The notes: generated by a model not told the origin, from the sequence alone. Shown: positions 48,325 to 62,090, counted from the first letter of the whole stretch. The stretch is DNA of 63,078 nucleotides, filler included, from Chiloscyllium plagiosum (GCF_004010195.1; 3 parts of one record of this genome joined end to end with filler, not necessarily neighbours in it), one strand, 5' to 3'. Numbers and translations are program-made.

Positions 48325-51159
48325 CAGCCTCTATCTCTGGACGAGCTGACCAAGGCCCTCGAGTCCTTCGAAAAGAATAAAACCCCCAGAAGCGACGGCT
48401 TACCGGTCGATCTCAATTCTGCTCTTTGATTGGCCAGGACCTGCAGGAGGTGTATGTCAGTATGCTTCGGGCAGGTACCATGAGTGAATCCATGAGGAAA
48501 GGCATCATCACCCTCATCTACAAGCGGAAGGGGGGGAGGGAGGAACTCAAAAATTGGAGACCGATCTCACTGTTAAACACAGACTACAAAATCTTGTCAA
48601 AGGTCATCGCCAACCGGGTCAGGTCTGCTCTGGGATCGGTGATCCACCCTGACCAAACCTGTGCTGTACCAGGCAGGAAGATCGCTGAGAGTCTCGCACT
48701 CCTCAGGGATACGATCGCCTACGTGCAGGACAGAGGGTTGGACACCTGCCTGATCAGCCTGGACCAGGAGAAAGCCTTTGACAGGATATCACACACGTAT
48801 ATGAGAGATGTTCTCTCCAAAATGGGCTTTGGGGAGGGAATCTGCAATTGGATCAGACTGCACTACACCAACATTGTCAGTGCAGTCTCAATCAATGGGT
48901 GGGAATCAAATAGCTTCCCAGTCAGATCTGGAGTCAGGCAGGGCTGCCCCCTCTCTCCTGCCTTGTTTGTGTGCTGCATACAGCCATTTGCCGAGTCCAT
49001 CAGGACGGATGCGAGCCTGAGAGGGGTGACTATTCCTGGCAGTGGGGCCCTGCAGGTTAAGGCCTCCCTGTACATGGATGACATCGCCGTTTTCTGCTCN
49101 NNNNNNNNNNNNNNNNNNNNNNNNNNNNNNNNNNNNNNNNNNNNNNNNNNNNNNNNNNNNNNNNNNNNNNNNNNNNNNNNNNNNNNNNNNNNNNNNNNNN
49201 NNNNNNNNNNNNNNNNNNNNNNNNNNNNNNNNNNNNNNNNNNNNNNNNNNNNNNNNNNNNNNNNNNNNNNNNNNNNNNNNNNNNNNNNNNNNNNNNNNNN
49301 NNNNNNNNNNNNNNNNNNNNNNNNNNNNNNNNNNNNNNNNNNNNNNNNNNNNNNNNNNNNNNNNNNNNNNNNNNNNNNNNNNNNNNNNNNNNNNNNNNNN
49401 NNNNNNNNNNNNNNNNNNNNNNNNNNNNNNNNNNNNNNNNNNNNNNNNNNNNNNNNNNNNNNNNNNNNNNNNNNNNNNNNNNNNNNNNNNNNNNNNNNNN
49501 NNNNNNNNNNNNNNNNNNNNNNNNNNNNNNNNNNNNNNNNNNNNNNNNNNNNNNNNNNNNNNNNNNNNNNNNNNNNNNNNNNNNNNNNNNNNNNNNNNNN
49601 NNNNNNNNNNNNNNNNNNNNNNNNNNNNNNNNNNNNNNNNNNNNNNNNNNNNNNNNNNNNNNNNNNNNNNNNNNNNNNNNNNNNNNNNNNNNNNNNNNNN
49701 NNNNNNNNNNNNNNNNNNNNNNNNNNNNNNNNNNNNNNNNNNNNNNNNNNNNNNNNNNNNNNNNNNNNNNNNNNNNNNNNNNNNNNNNNNNNNNNNNNNN
49801 NNNNNNNNNNNNNNNNNNNNNNNNNNNNNNNNNNNNNNNNNNNNNNNNNNNNNNNNNNNNNNNNNNNNNNNNNNNNNNNNNNNNNNNNNNNNNNNNNNNN
49901 NNNNNNNNNNNNNNNNNNNNNNNNNNNNNNNNNNNNNNNNNNNNNNNNNNNNNNNNNNNNNNNNNNNNNNNNNAAAGATCTGGGCAACGGGGGAAAAGAT
50001 ACACCCAATGCCACCCTGACCCTGATGGCCACCTTTGTGTGTGGCTGCATCAAGCTGTGCGTGGATCCCCGGTACGCAAACACCAAGTGTCACTGCGTAC
50101 TGAGGTTCTACCTGTCCCCGGTGTTGCGAAGGATGAGCCTGGCCTCGCTCCCGCGGAATGCTCTGAGTAGTTGGACCGTTCCGTATCACCTGTCCTACGT
50201 GGAGAAGTTTATGAAGAAAAACACCTTTGACCACAAGTCCATCAGGAAGTGGTCAGCACGCAGTGTCCTTGAGACCCTTCGGGAAAAGGAGAGGGCGGAT
50301 CCTAACGAGCGGTTCCCAGAGCAGACTGTCAAAGCCATTTGGCAGAATGCCTCATCGCCAGAACTTTCCAACAAGCACCAAGACTTGGCTTGGCTGGTGG
50401 TGAGAAGGGCTCTGCCTGTGAGATCCTTTGTGCATGCCCGGACTCTCTGCCCCACCGCACGCTGCCCTCGAAGCGGCTGTGGAGGGGACGAGACTGTCAC
50501 ACCCCTTCTTCTGGAATGTGCCTACACAGAGGAAGTCTGGAGAGGAATGCAGTGGCATTTGTCGAGGTTCGTCCCGAGCAGCGCCGTGACGCGGGGTCCG
50601 TGCTCTACGGCCTGTTCCCCGGGACGCACACCGAGACAACCATCAACTGTGCCTGGAGGATCATCAACTCGGTGAAAGGCACTCTTTGATCTGCCCGAAA
50701 CCTGTTGATCTTCCAGCTGAAGGAGTTGACCCTGACTAGGTGTTGCAGACTGGCACATTCCAAGGTCCAGGACGACTTGTTGAGGGATGCACTGAAGCTT
50801 GGGGCAGCTGCCGCCAAGGCGCGGTGGGGAAAGACCACCGTGTAAGGTCTGCCTGCCTAAGAAGAACAGGGATGAAAATGTGTTGCTGGAAAAGCGCAGC
50901 AGGTCAGGCAGCATCCAAGGAACAAGAGAATCGACGTTTCGGGCATAAGCCCTTCTTCAGAAGAACAGGGAGCCCGCTCAGTAATTGGGCTCCGCTGAAG
51001 CCTCAGCAGAATACCTGGATAGTCAATGTATAGATACGGATGATTAATTTCGATCTCTATATGCAAAGAAATAGAATGTATACGTATGTATGGCATCACC
51101 AATTGTATAAATATCAAAATAATTTTATGAATAAAGTATATTTTTGAAGTTAAAAAAAA
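48325..51159 (+). mobile_element. Tx1/L1-clade LINE ORF2 (RT, zinc knuckle) with 3' poly(A)
   Basis: NWRPISLLNTDYKILSK, SLDQEKAFDR, GVRQGCPLSP, YMDD, CPRSGCGGDETV..LLLEC; AATAAA and A tail; gap 49100-49973. Confidence 0.93.
50873..50958 (-). repeat. Hammerhead-bearing hairpin arm inserted in the Tx1 3' UTR
   Basis: 13-bp TSD AGAAGAACAGGGA (50860-50872, 50959-50971); reverse complement CTGAAGAAGGGCTTATGCCCGAAACGTCGATT. Confidence 0.75.
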
Positions 51160-51214
51160 TGAGACTGCCATGCTGAGCTTGCCAGTCCAGGCTGAGAGGA
51201 TGCCACGTTGAGGA

Positions 51215-51922
51215 GGCTGCCCTGGAAGGTCACTACACCTGACTGGGAGATCACTAAACCAGCCCGGGAGGTCTCTATACTTGGCCGGGAGTTTGCTATG
51301 CCAGGCCAGGAAGTCTCCACATCAGGCCGGGAGGTCACCACACCAGGCCAGGAGGTCACCACACCAGGCCGGAAGGTCACAACACCAGGCCGGGAGGTCA
51401 CCACACCAGGCCAGGAGGTCACCACACCAGGCCAGGAGGTCACAACACTGTGCCACCGTGGGCGTCACGGTGGCACAGCAGTTAGCACTGCTGCCTCACA
51501 ACGCCAGAGACCTGGGTTCAATTCCCGCCTCAGGCGACTGACTGTGTGGAGTCGCCCCGTGTCTGCGTGGGTTTCCTCCAGGTGCTCCGGTTTCCTCCCA
51601 CAGTCCAAAAATGTGCTGGTTAGGTGAATTGGCTATGATAAATTGCCCGCAGTGTTAGGTGAAGGGGTAAATGCAGGGAAATGGTTTGCGCTTCGGTGGG
51701 TTGGTGTGGACTTGTTGGGCCGAAGGGCCTGTTTCCACACTGTAAGTAATCTAATCTAAACACCAGGCCGGGAGGTCACCACACCAGGCCGGGAGGTCAC
51801 CACACCAGGCCAGGAGATCACCACACCAGGCCGGGAGGTCACCACACCAGGCCGGGAGGTCACCACACCAGGCCAGGAGATCACCACACCAGTCTGGGAG
51901 GTCACCACACCAGGCCGGGAGG
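51215..51922. repeat. 21-bp minisatellite (CCACACCAGGCCGGGAGGTCA)n split by a SINE
   Basis: Units at ~51215-51447 and 51759-51922. Confidence 0.92.
51460..51758 (+). mobile_element. HE1-type V-SINE
   Basis: GGCGTCACGGTGGCACAGCAG A box, GGTTCAATTCC B box, (TAATC)n tail. Confidence 0.88.
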
Positions 51923-53060
51923 ACCCGTGATGTCATGTCTGTGCTGAGGCTGCAAGCCATTAAGGGCTGGGAGTTGTCGTCAGAGGCCAGAAGAGGATAA
52001 GGAAGAAACCAAGAAGAGAGGAAAACAGAAGAAAAAAAGGTGAAGAATAGGTGGAGCAGACAAGCTCCGACTGAAGTCTCCTACACCACCGCCATTTTGA
52101 AACATGAACCATAAATGGAATTTTGCATTTGGACATTTGCAATCTCTTCTCATGTGGTCTGAATATTGGCCTTCCCCTTGAATTGGTGTTCTTGAAAATT
52201 GGCCTGTTGAGTGCAAGACAAACAACTTTGCCAAAATGTGATGCTTCCTTTTCCAATAATGCTCAAAGTTTGTACTATTTTGAAGTGGCTTCTATGCGGC
52301 AGGAACAAATCACAAGACGCACAGTGCCACAAAATTGAAAAAGAAAGTTAAAGCAGCTTGCGATTCTAAGTGGCAGCTGCCTGGAAAACTGAGGAGAAAA
52401 TCCTTAATGTATTGGCAGGTTAAAGAGTTTGCAAAACCACAAAATCAGATAAAAATCTTTGTTGGAAGAAATCAGTCATTCTGAAAACAAATATTGGCGT
52501 GTCAAATCGGAAGCAAATAGGAAGTCACAGCTGATCCACAAAATAAAAAGCAAAAAGAGCATTCCCACTATCCAGAAATGTTTGAAAATTTCAAAGATTC
52601 CCCTGATATACTGAATCAAGTGGTTTAAAAGACACGGGTACATGAATAGGAAGGGTTTAGAGGGATATGGGTCAGGTGCTGGCAAATGGGACTAGATTGG
52701 GTTGGGATATCTGGTCGGCATGGACAGGTTGGACCGAAGGGTCTGTTTCCAGGCTGTACATCTCTGTGACTCTATGACCCTAATTGAGTTAATGATGGTA
52801 TCTTGTATTGAGATAGAGATGGACTAGATAATAGAGTTGGTGCAGGCATGATGGGCCAAATGGCCTTTTTTCTGCACCATAATCATTCTGCAATACCAGG
52901 ATACCCATAGCTTTGTAGAGCGTAACAAGACATCTTTGAGTTCAGGGTCTAATGGTTCTGGAATATTGACCAGGAAAATACTTCTGAAAAGATCAAGCAT
53001 CTCTTGATCTCTTCTGAAACTTTAGCAGACCCAGATTCAGATTTTCCAACCATAATAGCA

Positions 53061-55782
53061 TATAGATCACATCTACCACTCTGCCGTCATCAATCCTCTT
53101 TGTTACTTCTTCAAAAAACTCAATTAAATTTGTGAAACATGATTTCCCACGCACAAAGCCATGTTGACTATCCCTAATCAGTCCTTGCCTTTCCAAATAT
53201 ATGTACATCCTGTCCCTCAGGATTCCTTCAAACAACTTGCCCACCACCGACATCAGGCTCACTGGTCTATAGTTCCCTGGCTTGTCCTTACCAACCTTCT
53301 TAAACAGTGGCACCACGTTAGCCAACCTCCAGTCTTCCCGCAACTCACCTGTGACTATCAATGATACAAATATCTCAGTAAGAGGCCCAGCAATCACTTC
53401 TCTAGCTTCCCACAGGATCAGGTCCTGGGGATTTATCCAACTTTACCCGTTTCAAGACATCGAGCACTTTCTCTTCTGTAATCTGGACATTTTGCAAGGT
53501 GTCATCATCTATTTCCCTACAGTCTATATCTTCCATATCCTTTTCCACAGTAAATACTGATGCAAAATACTTGTTTAGTATCTCCTCCATTTTCTGTGGC
53601 TCCACACAAAGGCCACCTTGCTGAACTTTGAGGAGCCCTATTCTCTCCCTAATTACCCTTTTGTCCTTAATGTATTTGTAAAAGCCCTTTGGATTCTCCT
53701 TAATTCTATTTGCCAAAGCTCTCTCATGTCCCCTTTTTGCCCTCCTGATTTCCCACTTATGTATACTCTTACTTCCTTTATACGCTTCTAAGGAATCACT
53801 CGATCTATCCTGTCACCTTACATATGCTTCCTTCTTTTTCTTAAGCAAACCTTCAATTCTTTAGTCATCCAGCATTCCCCATACCTACCAGCCTTCCCTT
53901 TCACTCTAACAGGAATATACTTTCTCTGGATTCTTGTTATCTCATTTCTGAAGGCTTCCCATTTTCCAGCTATTCCTTTATCTGTGAACACCTGCCTCCA
54001 ATCAGCTTTCAAAAGTTCTTGCCTAATACTGTCAAAATTGGCCTTTCTCCAATTTAGAACTTCAACTTTTAGATCTGGTCTATCCTTTTCCATCACTATT
54101 TTAAAACAAATAGAATTATGGTCGCTGGCCCCAAAGTGCTCCCCCACTGACATCTCAGTCACCTGCCCTGCTTTATTTCCCAAGAGTAGGTCAAGTTTTG
54201 CACCTTCCCTCGTAGGTACATCTACATAATGAATCAGAAAATGTTCTTGGTACACACTTAACAAATTCATCTCCATCTAAACCCTTAAGACTATGGCAGT
54301 CCCAGTCTATGTTTGGAAAGTTAAAATCCCCTACCATAACCACCCTATTATTCTTACAGATCACTGAGATCTCCTTACAAGTTTAATTTTCAATTTCCCG
54401 CTGACTATTAGGGGGTCTATAATACAATCCCAATAAGGTGATCATCCCTTTCTTATTTTTCAGTTCCAAACAAATAGTTTCCCTGGATGTATTTCCGGGA
54501 ATATCCTCCCTCAGTACAGCTCTAATGCTATCCCTTATCAAAAACGCCACTCCCCCTCCTTGCCTCCCTTTCTATCCTTCCTGTAGCATTGTATCCTGGA
54601 ACATTAAGCTGCCAGTCCTGTCCATCCCTGAGCCATGTTTCTGTAATTGCTATGATATCCCAGTCCCATGTTCCTAACCATGCCCTGAGTTCATCTGCCT
54701 TCCCTGTTAGGGCCCTTGCATTGAAATAAATGCAGTTTAATTTATTAGTCCTATCTTGTCCGTGCCTGCCCTGACTGTTTGACTCGATTCTGTTCTCAAC
54801 AAGGTCCCCCATGGGAGACTGATGAGCAAGGTTAGATCTCATGGAATACAGGGAGAACTAGCCATTTGGATACAGAACTGGCTCAAAGGTAGAAGACAGA
54901 GGGTGGTGGTAGTGGGTTGTTTTACAGACTGGAGACCTGTGACCATTGGAGTGCCACAAGGATTGGTGCTGGGTCCTCTACTTTTTGTCATTTACATTAA
55001 TGATTTGGATGCGAACATAACAGGTACAGTTAGTAAGTTTGCAGATGATACCAAACTTGGAGGTGTAGTGGACAACGAAGAAGGTTACCTCAGATTACAA
55101 CAGGATCTGGACCAGATGGGCCAATGAGCCGAGAAGTGGCAGAACAAGTTTAATTCAGATAAATGCGAGGTGCTGCATTTTTGGAAAGCAAATCTTAGCA
55201 GGACTTATACACTTAATGGTAAGGCCCTAGAGAGTGTTGCTGAACAAAGAGACCTTGGAGTGCAGGTTCATAGCTCCTTGAAAGTGGAGTCACAGTTAGA
55301 AGATTTACAAGGATGTTGCCAGGGTTGGAGGATCTGAGCTACAGGGGGAGGCTGAACAGGCTGGGGCAGTTTTCCCTGGAGCGTCGGAGGCTGAGGGGTG
55401 ACCTTATAGAGGTTTACAAAATTATGAGGGACATGGATCGGATGAATAGACAAAGTCTTTTCCCTGGGGTCAGGGAGTCCAGAACTAGAGGGCATAGGTT
55501 TAGGGTGAGAGGGGAAAGATATAAAAGAGACCTAAGGGGCAACGTTTTCACACAGAGGGTGGTACATGTAAGGAATGAGTTGCCAGAGGAAGTGGTGAGG
55601 GCTGGTACAATTGCAACATTTAAGAGGCATTTGGATGGGTATATGAATAGGAAGGGTTTGGAGGGATATGGGCTGGGTGCTGGCAGGTGGGACTAGATTG
55701 GGTTGGGATATCTAGTCAGCATGGACGAGTTGGACCAAGGGGTCTGTTTCCTTGCTGTACATCTCTATGACTCTATGACTCT
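53061..55782. mobile_element. CR1 LINE with inverted 5' segment (minus 53061-~54797; plus ~54798-55782)
   Basis: Minus part encodes ORF2 EN to VVDVIYM; plus part resumes at KVPHGRL and runs to the 3' tail; 9-bp TSD ATAATAGCA (53052-53060, 55783-55791). Confidence 0.9.
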
Positions 55783-55856
55783 ATAATAGCAGGAGGTGTA
55801 GCTTCAACTGGATTACAGGGAGTACTCTTTGAAGTGCAAAAAAACAGTAAGTTTAA

Positions 55857-56150
55857 GGTGGCATGGTGGCTCAGTGGTTAGCACTGCTGCCTCACAGTGC
55901 CAAGGACCTGGGTCCAATTCCACCCTTGGGTGACGGTGTGGAGTTTGCACATTCTTCCTGTGTCTGTGTAGGTTTCCTCTGCATGCTGTGGTTTCCTTGC
56001 ACAGTCCAAAGATATGCAGGCTAGGTGAATTGGCCACGCTAAGTGTTCAGGGGTAAATGTAGAGAAATGGGTATGGGTAGGTTACTCTTCAGAGGGTCGG
56101 TGTGGACTTGTTGGGCTGGAGGGCCTTTTTCCATACTGTAGGGATTCTAT
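55857..56150 (+). mobile_element. HE1-type V-SINE
   Basis: GGTGGCTCAGTGG A box, V domain. Confidence 0.85.
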
Positions 56151-56932
56151 AAACCAGTTGTCTTTGCTTCTGGACCACTAACACAGAGCATGTACAAATG
56201 AGAAAGAAGCTTCAGTGGTGACATGGGCATGTGAGAGATTTTCAGATTATGTGATGGGACTACAGTTCAAGGTCGAAACTGGCCACAAACCATCAATAAC
56301 TCTTTTGAACACAAAGGAAGATGATACTCAGAATACAGGGGTTCATATTGGACTTGTAAGATGTGATTAATTGCTAAACATGTGTTGTAGAAGTGCCAAA
56401 CAACAGTAGACTCAGTCTCCCAAGAATATCCATCAAATGGAGCGGAATAAGAATATGTAGATTTGACTGAGGAATACATCATGATTAACTAAGCACTAAC
56501 CAGCTACTGAAACAAAGTCATAAGAGATATAAGAAGGCCAAGAAAGGGTTGAAGATGTGTTAAAATGTAGGTGCATTGTGTGGATGGTTAGACTGTGTAC
56601 CTAACAAACCAGTAATATGCCAATACTTGAACAGTGCAAACACCTCACTGTCATCGATGACTCGCTCGGGTTCACTACGAGATTAATAACACCAGCAGAG
56701 TTTGACTTGAGGTTCTTCAAAGAATTCATCAAAGATTGTGGGGAATTGCAAAGTGTCTTGTGAAGTTGCAACACTCCATGCGGTTACCAGATATTGCAGA
56801 ATGATTATGTTGTGGAAAGAGACTACTTGGCCCATTGTGCCAGTACCGACTCTATTTTCTAGTCCATCTCTATCTTCCACTCAATACAAGATACAATCAT
56901 TAACTGAATTCCTTGTGCTTCAGGAGGCACTC

Positions 56933-57698
56933 ATAGAGTCATAGAGATGTACAGCATAGAAACAGACCATTTGGTCCAACTTGTCCCTGCTGACCAGATA
57001 TCCTAAATTAATCTAGTCCCATTTGCCAGCATTTGACCCATAGCCTTCTAAATCCTTCATATACCCATTCAGATGCCTTTTAAATGTTGTAATTATACCA
57101 GCCCCCACCACTTCCTCTGGAACTCATTCCATACATGCACCACCCTCTGCATGAAAAAGTTGCCCTTTAGGTCCCTTTTAAATCTTTCCCCTCTCACCTT
57201 AAACCTCTGCCCTCCAGTTTTGGACTCCACCACCCCAGGGAAAAGACTTTGTCTATTCACCCTATCCATGGGTATCAATGGTGATGATTTTATAAACCTC
57301 TATAGGGTCACCCTTAGCCTCTGACGCTCCAGGGAAAACAGCCCCAGCCTATTCAGCCTTTCCATATAACTCAAATCCTCCAATCCTGGCAACATTATTG
57401 TAAATCTCTTCTGAACCCTTTCAAGGTTCACAACACCTTTCCTGTAGCAGGGAGACCAGAATTGCACGCAGTATTCCAATAGTGGCCTAACCAATGTTCT
57501 GTACAGCCGCAACATGCTCTCCTAACTCCAATACTCAATGCACTGACCAATAAAGACAAGCATACCAAACACCTTCTTCATTACCTCTTCTACCTGGGAC
57601 TCCACTTTCAAGGAGCTATGAACCTGTACTCCAAGGTCTCTTTGTTCAGCAACACTCCCCAGGACCTTACCATTAAGTGTATAAGTCCTGCCCTGATT
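56933..57698 (-). mobile_element. CR1 LINE 3' fragment
   Basis: [19 protein letters not shown]...LERVQKRFT. Confidence 0.88.
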
Positions 57699-59564
57699 AC
57701 CTTCATCATTTATACCAAGATTGCAGGAGTGTCTTGGAATGGATTTATCTGAGTTAAAAGGGATTTTATTTTATTGTTGTCTTTGACTATTATTCAAAAT
57801 GGAATGAAGTCAACCATCAGAGACAATAATGAAATCACCCAAGAGAAATTCAACATGTGGGATACCAGATATGTGCGTCCTACGCAGGAAGAGTTTTCAA
57901 ACGAGCAGTTTGAGAGAAACACACAATTTTGTTCTTACTCCCTGGAGCAAGGAGGGACCCTGAGAGCAGTGGAATGATTTAAAACTTTGCAGAAGAAAAA
58001 AAAAGATCTGGAACTTGCATGATTAAATCATCGATGATCAGAATGAGAGAGCAGAGCTGTAAAATAATATCCTCAAGCTCAGAATGAGAGCAAAGGCCGA
58101 TCAGGGAAATTGCTTGAAGCACAGCAGGGAATATCAACATAATTGGGATAAAATTTTGGGAATGATGTAGAGTTTTGGGACTCCTTCAGAAACGATGGAG
58201 TCATTTAATCAATAGGGAGTTCTAACCTATTGTAGCTTTGCAACAAATTTCAACACAAGTACAAGGATTAGAAAAATAGGGATTATTTATTCCCCTGGTG
58301 ACAAACCTTTATAAATATCAAAAGAGAAGTGTAGTTCATGGACCTTCACCCAACTTTGCAGGATATGGAATACTGATGTAAAGGGTAACCAGCCAAATTT
58401 CATTTGTGGGGCTCGTCCAGCTAACTTCCTGTGACCACTGATCGCTGTGCCTTTCAGACACAAATGGGATCTTCCTCTGCTCATAGCCTTCAATCAGAGT
58501 CCAGCAGCTCTGATTGGTGGGTCCATTGATGGGAAGATGGTTACTGTCAATGTAAGACCCATCTTAGGCCTTACACAAACACTGGAGCAAGAGATGGTGA
58601 CATAGTGGCAATAACACTGGATTACTAAGCCAGAGGTGCGAATTGATGTGCTGGGGACAAAGGTTCAAATCCTGCAGTAGCAACTGGTGGAATTTAAATT
58701 CAAGTTAAAAAACTCAGAGGGAAAGCTAGCGTCGGTAACGATGACCATGAAAATATCCTTATCATTGCTTGTTGTGTAAACCATTTCTGATTCAGTTAAC
58801 TGCCTTAAGGGAAGGAAATTTATTATCCTTACCCGGTCTAGCCCCTAATGCACTCCAGTGTCAAGATTAGAGTGTGGTGCTGGAAAAGCACAGCAGATCA
58901 GGCAGCATCCGAGAAGCAGGAAAATTGACAAAATTGGCAAAAGCCCTTCATCAGGACTCCCGACCAGTACGAATTTGGTTCATTCTCAACTGCCCTCTGA
59001 ATGGGTTGGCAAGTCATTCAGTTCAAGGGCAATTAGAGAGAGGCAGCAAATGTTGTGGTCCAGCTAGCGATGACACCAAGGAGGGGGTGGATGTGTGTTG
59101 GTGTTTGTAGGTGAGATGGAAGGTGCTAGCAGCAAGAAACCCCCTCTTTGCTCCCTGCAACACCTCCCACCATGTCTTAATGCTAGCCCTCTTGATCAGA
59201 CACAGAGCAACCTTTGCGAGCAACGATGTCCACGTTTGACCACCACGAGCCCCACATAACGAGCCATCTTCCCACCACTGTGTTAGTACCAACTAATCAG
59301 GCGCTTCAAAGCTTTGGGATGGTAAGGCCAAGGACAGGTCTTTTCCTGTGGACTTAGTTGGGATGAAGGTAGGCAGGTGGTGAAATTGCTCTGCCTGATT
59401 AAATTCCCTCACCGTCAAACCTGCCATGGCGAAGGGCAAACGTCTCCTCCCGTGGTCTCCCTTTATTGGGAAAGGTGAGGTGTTTGGGAATATGAAACCA
59501 CAGGACAAGGCAGTTAGGGTGAATCCCAGTATTTGAGGGGATGGGGCCAGAGATACAGCTGAAA

Positions 59565-59762
59565 TCATAGAAACACAGAATTCCTACAGTGTGGAAGCAG
59601 ATCATTCAGCTCATCAAATCCATACCGTCCCTCCAAAAAGCTTTCCACCTAGATCCAAACCCCTACCATATCTCTGTCACCCTGCATGCTCCATGGCTAA
59701 CCCACCTCATTTACACATCCCTGTATGCTGTGGGCAATTTAGCATTGCCAATCCATCTAATT
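59565..59762 (-). mobile_element. Truncated HE1-type SINE 3' half
   Basis: GGGCAATTTAGCATTGCCAATCCATCTAA and CTACAGTGTGGAA segments. Confidence 0.7.
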
Positions 59763-60262
59763 GTAAGAGACTTAGATGGAAAGCAGGAGAAACAAATGAA
59801 CAGACTGTGGAATTCACTCTCAGGATGAATGGCCAAGAGAGGAATGACGTTAGGCTTCCCAGGATTGCATTATTATTCTGGGCCGTTGAGAACAAATGAG
59901 CCAAAGATGTCTGGCAATGCTGTCATGTGTGTACCTGCTGTTTATCTCTGTCACAGAGTAAGGGGAAACTTGCCAGAACATATGGTGAAGAGGTGATAAT
60001 TTCTGACTTCACTCGTTGTGTGAAGAAGTGCTTGCTCCTGTAGAAACACAGATTCAAGAGTGAAAGAGCACCGAGGGAGGCCATTGAGCCCAATGTGTTT
60101 GTGCTATTTCATTTAAAAAAGCTATCTCAGTCCAATTCTACTGCCTTTACCCGTTGCCAGCAGATTTTGCCTTCAGCTGATTCTGGACGTAAGGCTGTTA
60201 TGGAATCTCCTTCTGCCATTCTATCTGGCAACGCTTCGCAAATTGCAATGACTCACTGAGTA

Positions 60263-60463
60263 TAGTCAGTTCTTCTATAACACAACTGTCACACCCTTGT
60301 GCAAACCCACATTACAGAAGAATCGTGTTTTAGAAATGGCGCTTAGAGTGTTGATGATATAATCGTTTTAAAAGTTCGGAGTTTAGAAACAGTGTCCCCA
60401 GTTCGTCATGCGCACTACAGCAAATTCACATTGACAAAACTTGTGTTATATCAGAACAACCTG
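60263..60463. mobile_element. Tc1/mariner (Tigger-like) MITE
   Basis: TA flanks (60261-62, 60464-65); imperfect ~21-bp TIRs TAGTCAGTTCTTCTATAACAC / GTGTTATATCAGAACAACCTG. Confidence 0.65.
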
Positions 60464-61367
60464 TAAAACCGTCTCCTTATTTTACCTCAGGTTAGTTTGC
60501 CAAACACTTCAAAAATTCTTGTTTCTGAATAGCCTTCTCAATTTGTCCTGCAGCTGACTATAATTTGTGGACCCATATCCAAACTAGCTGCATTGTTCTT
60601 GCTGTCCCTTTAAGACAGCACCATTTAGTTTATAATCCCCTCCCTGTTCCCTCCTCATGCTTCTCAGCATTAGTTTAACCTCCTCCTGAACATTTCCACC
60701 ATCACTCCTTGAGCAAGTGATTCAAACTCAAAAGCTATGTTGCCCTGTTCTGGATCCCCATGGAGAGTGGTTCAGTTCAGTAGCAGGGTACACATTTCAG
60801 GGGGAGCTAGAGAAGGATATTAGACCATAGCAAATAGGAACAGGAGTAGACCATTCGGCCCCTCAAGTCTACTCCGCCACTCAATAAGATTGTGTCCATT
60901 TTCTTGCATTTTCCACATCACCCTCGATTCCCTGACTGATCAAGAATCTATCAATCCCAGCCTTAAGTATATACAAGGTCTCTGTCCCAACAGTTCTCTG
61001 TGGCAAGGAACTCTACAGACTCACAACTCTCTGAAAGAATAAATCCCTTCATATCTCAGTCTTACATTGGCACCTCTTTATTCTGAGATCATGACCTTTT
61101 CCCGTCAAGCCCCTGAACATGTTTCAATGAGATCACCTTTCATTCTTCTAAATTCCAGACTGTCTAACTTTTGCCTAGAAGACAATCCCTCCATATCAGG
61201 GATCACCCTGTTGATCTGCTTCTCTGAATGGCTTCCAATCGAATTAAATAATACATTTTCTTAACTAAGGGGATCAACACTGCTCATAGTACCTGTCCAC
61301 AGTAAGTGTTCACCTTGTATAGTTACAGCAATACTTCCCAAATGAGGGAGATTAGAAAGAAAATTAT

Positions 61368-62090
61368 AAGACCATAAGACACAGGAGCAGAAATTAGGCC
61401 ATTCAGCCTATCGAGTCTGCTCCGCCATTCAATCATGGCTGATAGTTTTCACAACACCATTCGTCCACTTTCTCCCCATAACCCTTGATCCCTTTCACAA
61501 TCAAGAACCTTTCAATCTCTGTCTTAAATATACTCAATGGTCTGGCCTCCACAGCCTTCTGTGGCAGTGAATTCAATAGATTCACCACTCTCTGGCTGAA
61601 GATGTTTCTCTTTGTCTCTTTACTCTGAGGCTATGCCCTCGGTTCCTCATCACTCCTACCAATGGAATCATCTTCCCAACATCTACTCTGTCCAGGCCAG
61701 TCAGTATTCTGTATGTTTCAATTGGATCCCCTATCGTCCTTCCAAAATCCATTGAGTCGAAACCCAGAGTCCTCAAACGTTCCGCATATGTTCAGCTTTT
61801 CAGTCCTGGGACCATTCTCCTGAATCTTCTCCAAACACGCTGCAGGGCCAGTCCATCCTTCCTGAGATATGGGGCCCAACACTGCACACAATACTCCAAA
61901 TGTGGTCTGACCAGAGCCCTTATAGAGCCTCAGAAGTACATCCCTGCTTTCGTAGTCTTCTCAAAATAAGTGCCACGATTACATTTGTCTTCCTAACTAC
62001 TGACTTAACCTACCAGTTTACCTTGAGAGAATCCTGGACTAGAACTCCCAAGTCTCTTTGCACTTCAGACTTCGGCATTTTCTCCCCATT
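61368..62090 (-). mobile_element. CR1 LINE 3' fragment
   Basis: GDPIETYRILTGLDRVDV; (CATAAGA)n tail. Confidence 0.85.

Noticed and set aside
48426..50675. 749-aa ORF as a host gene
   Set aside because: Tx1/L1 ORF2 read through an N gap.
58340..58420. PQMKFG as possible XDH exon 10 (GIEMKFK)
   Set aside because: Downstream residues and splice sites do not fit.
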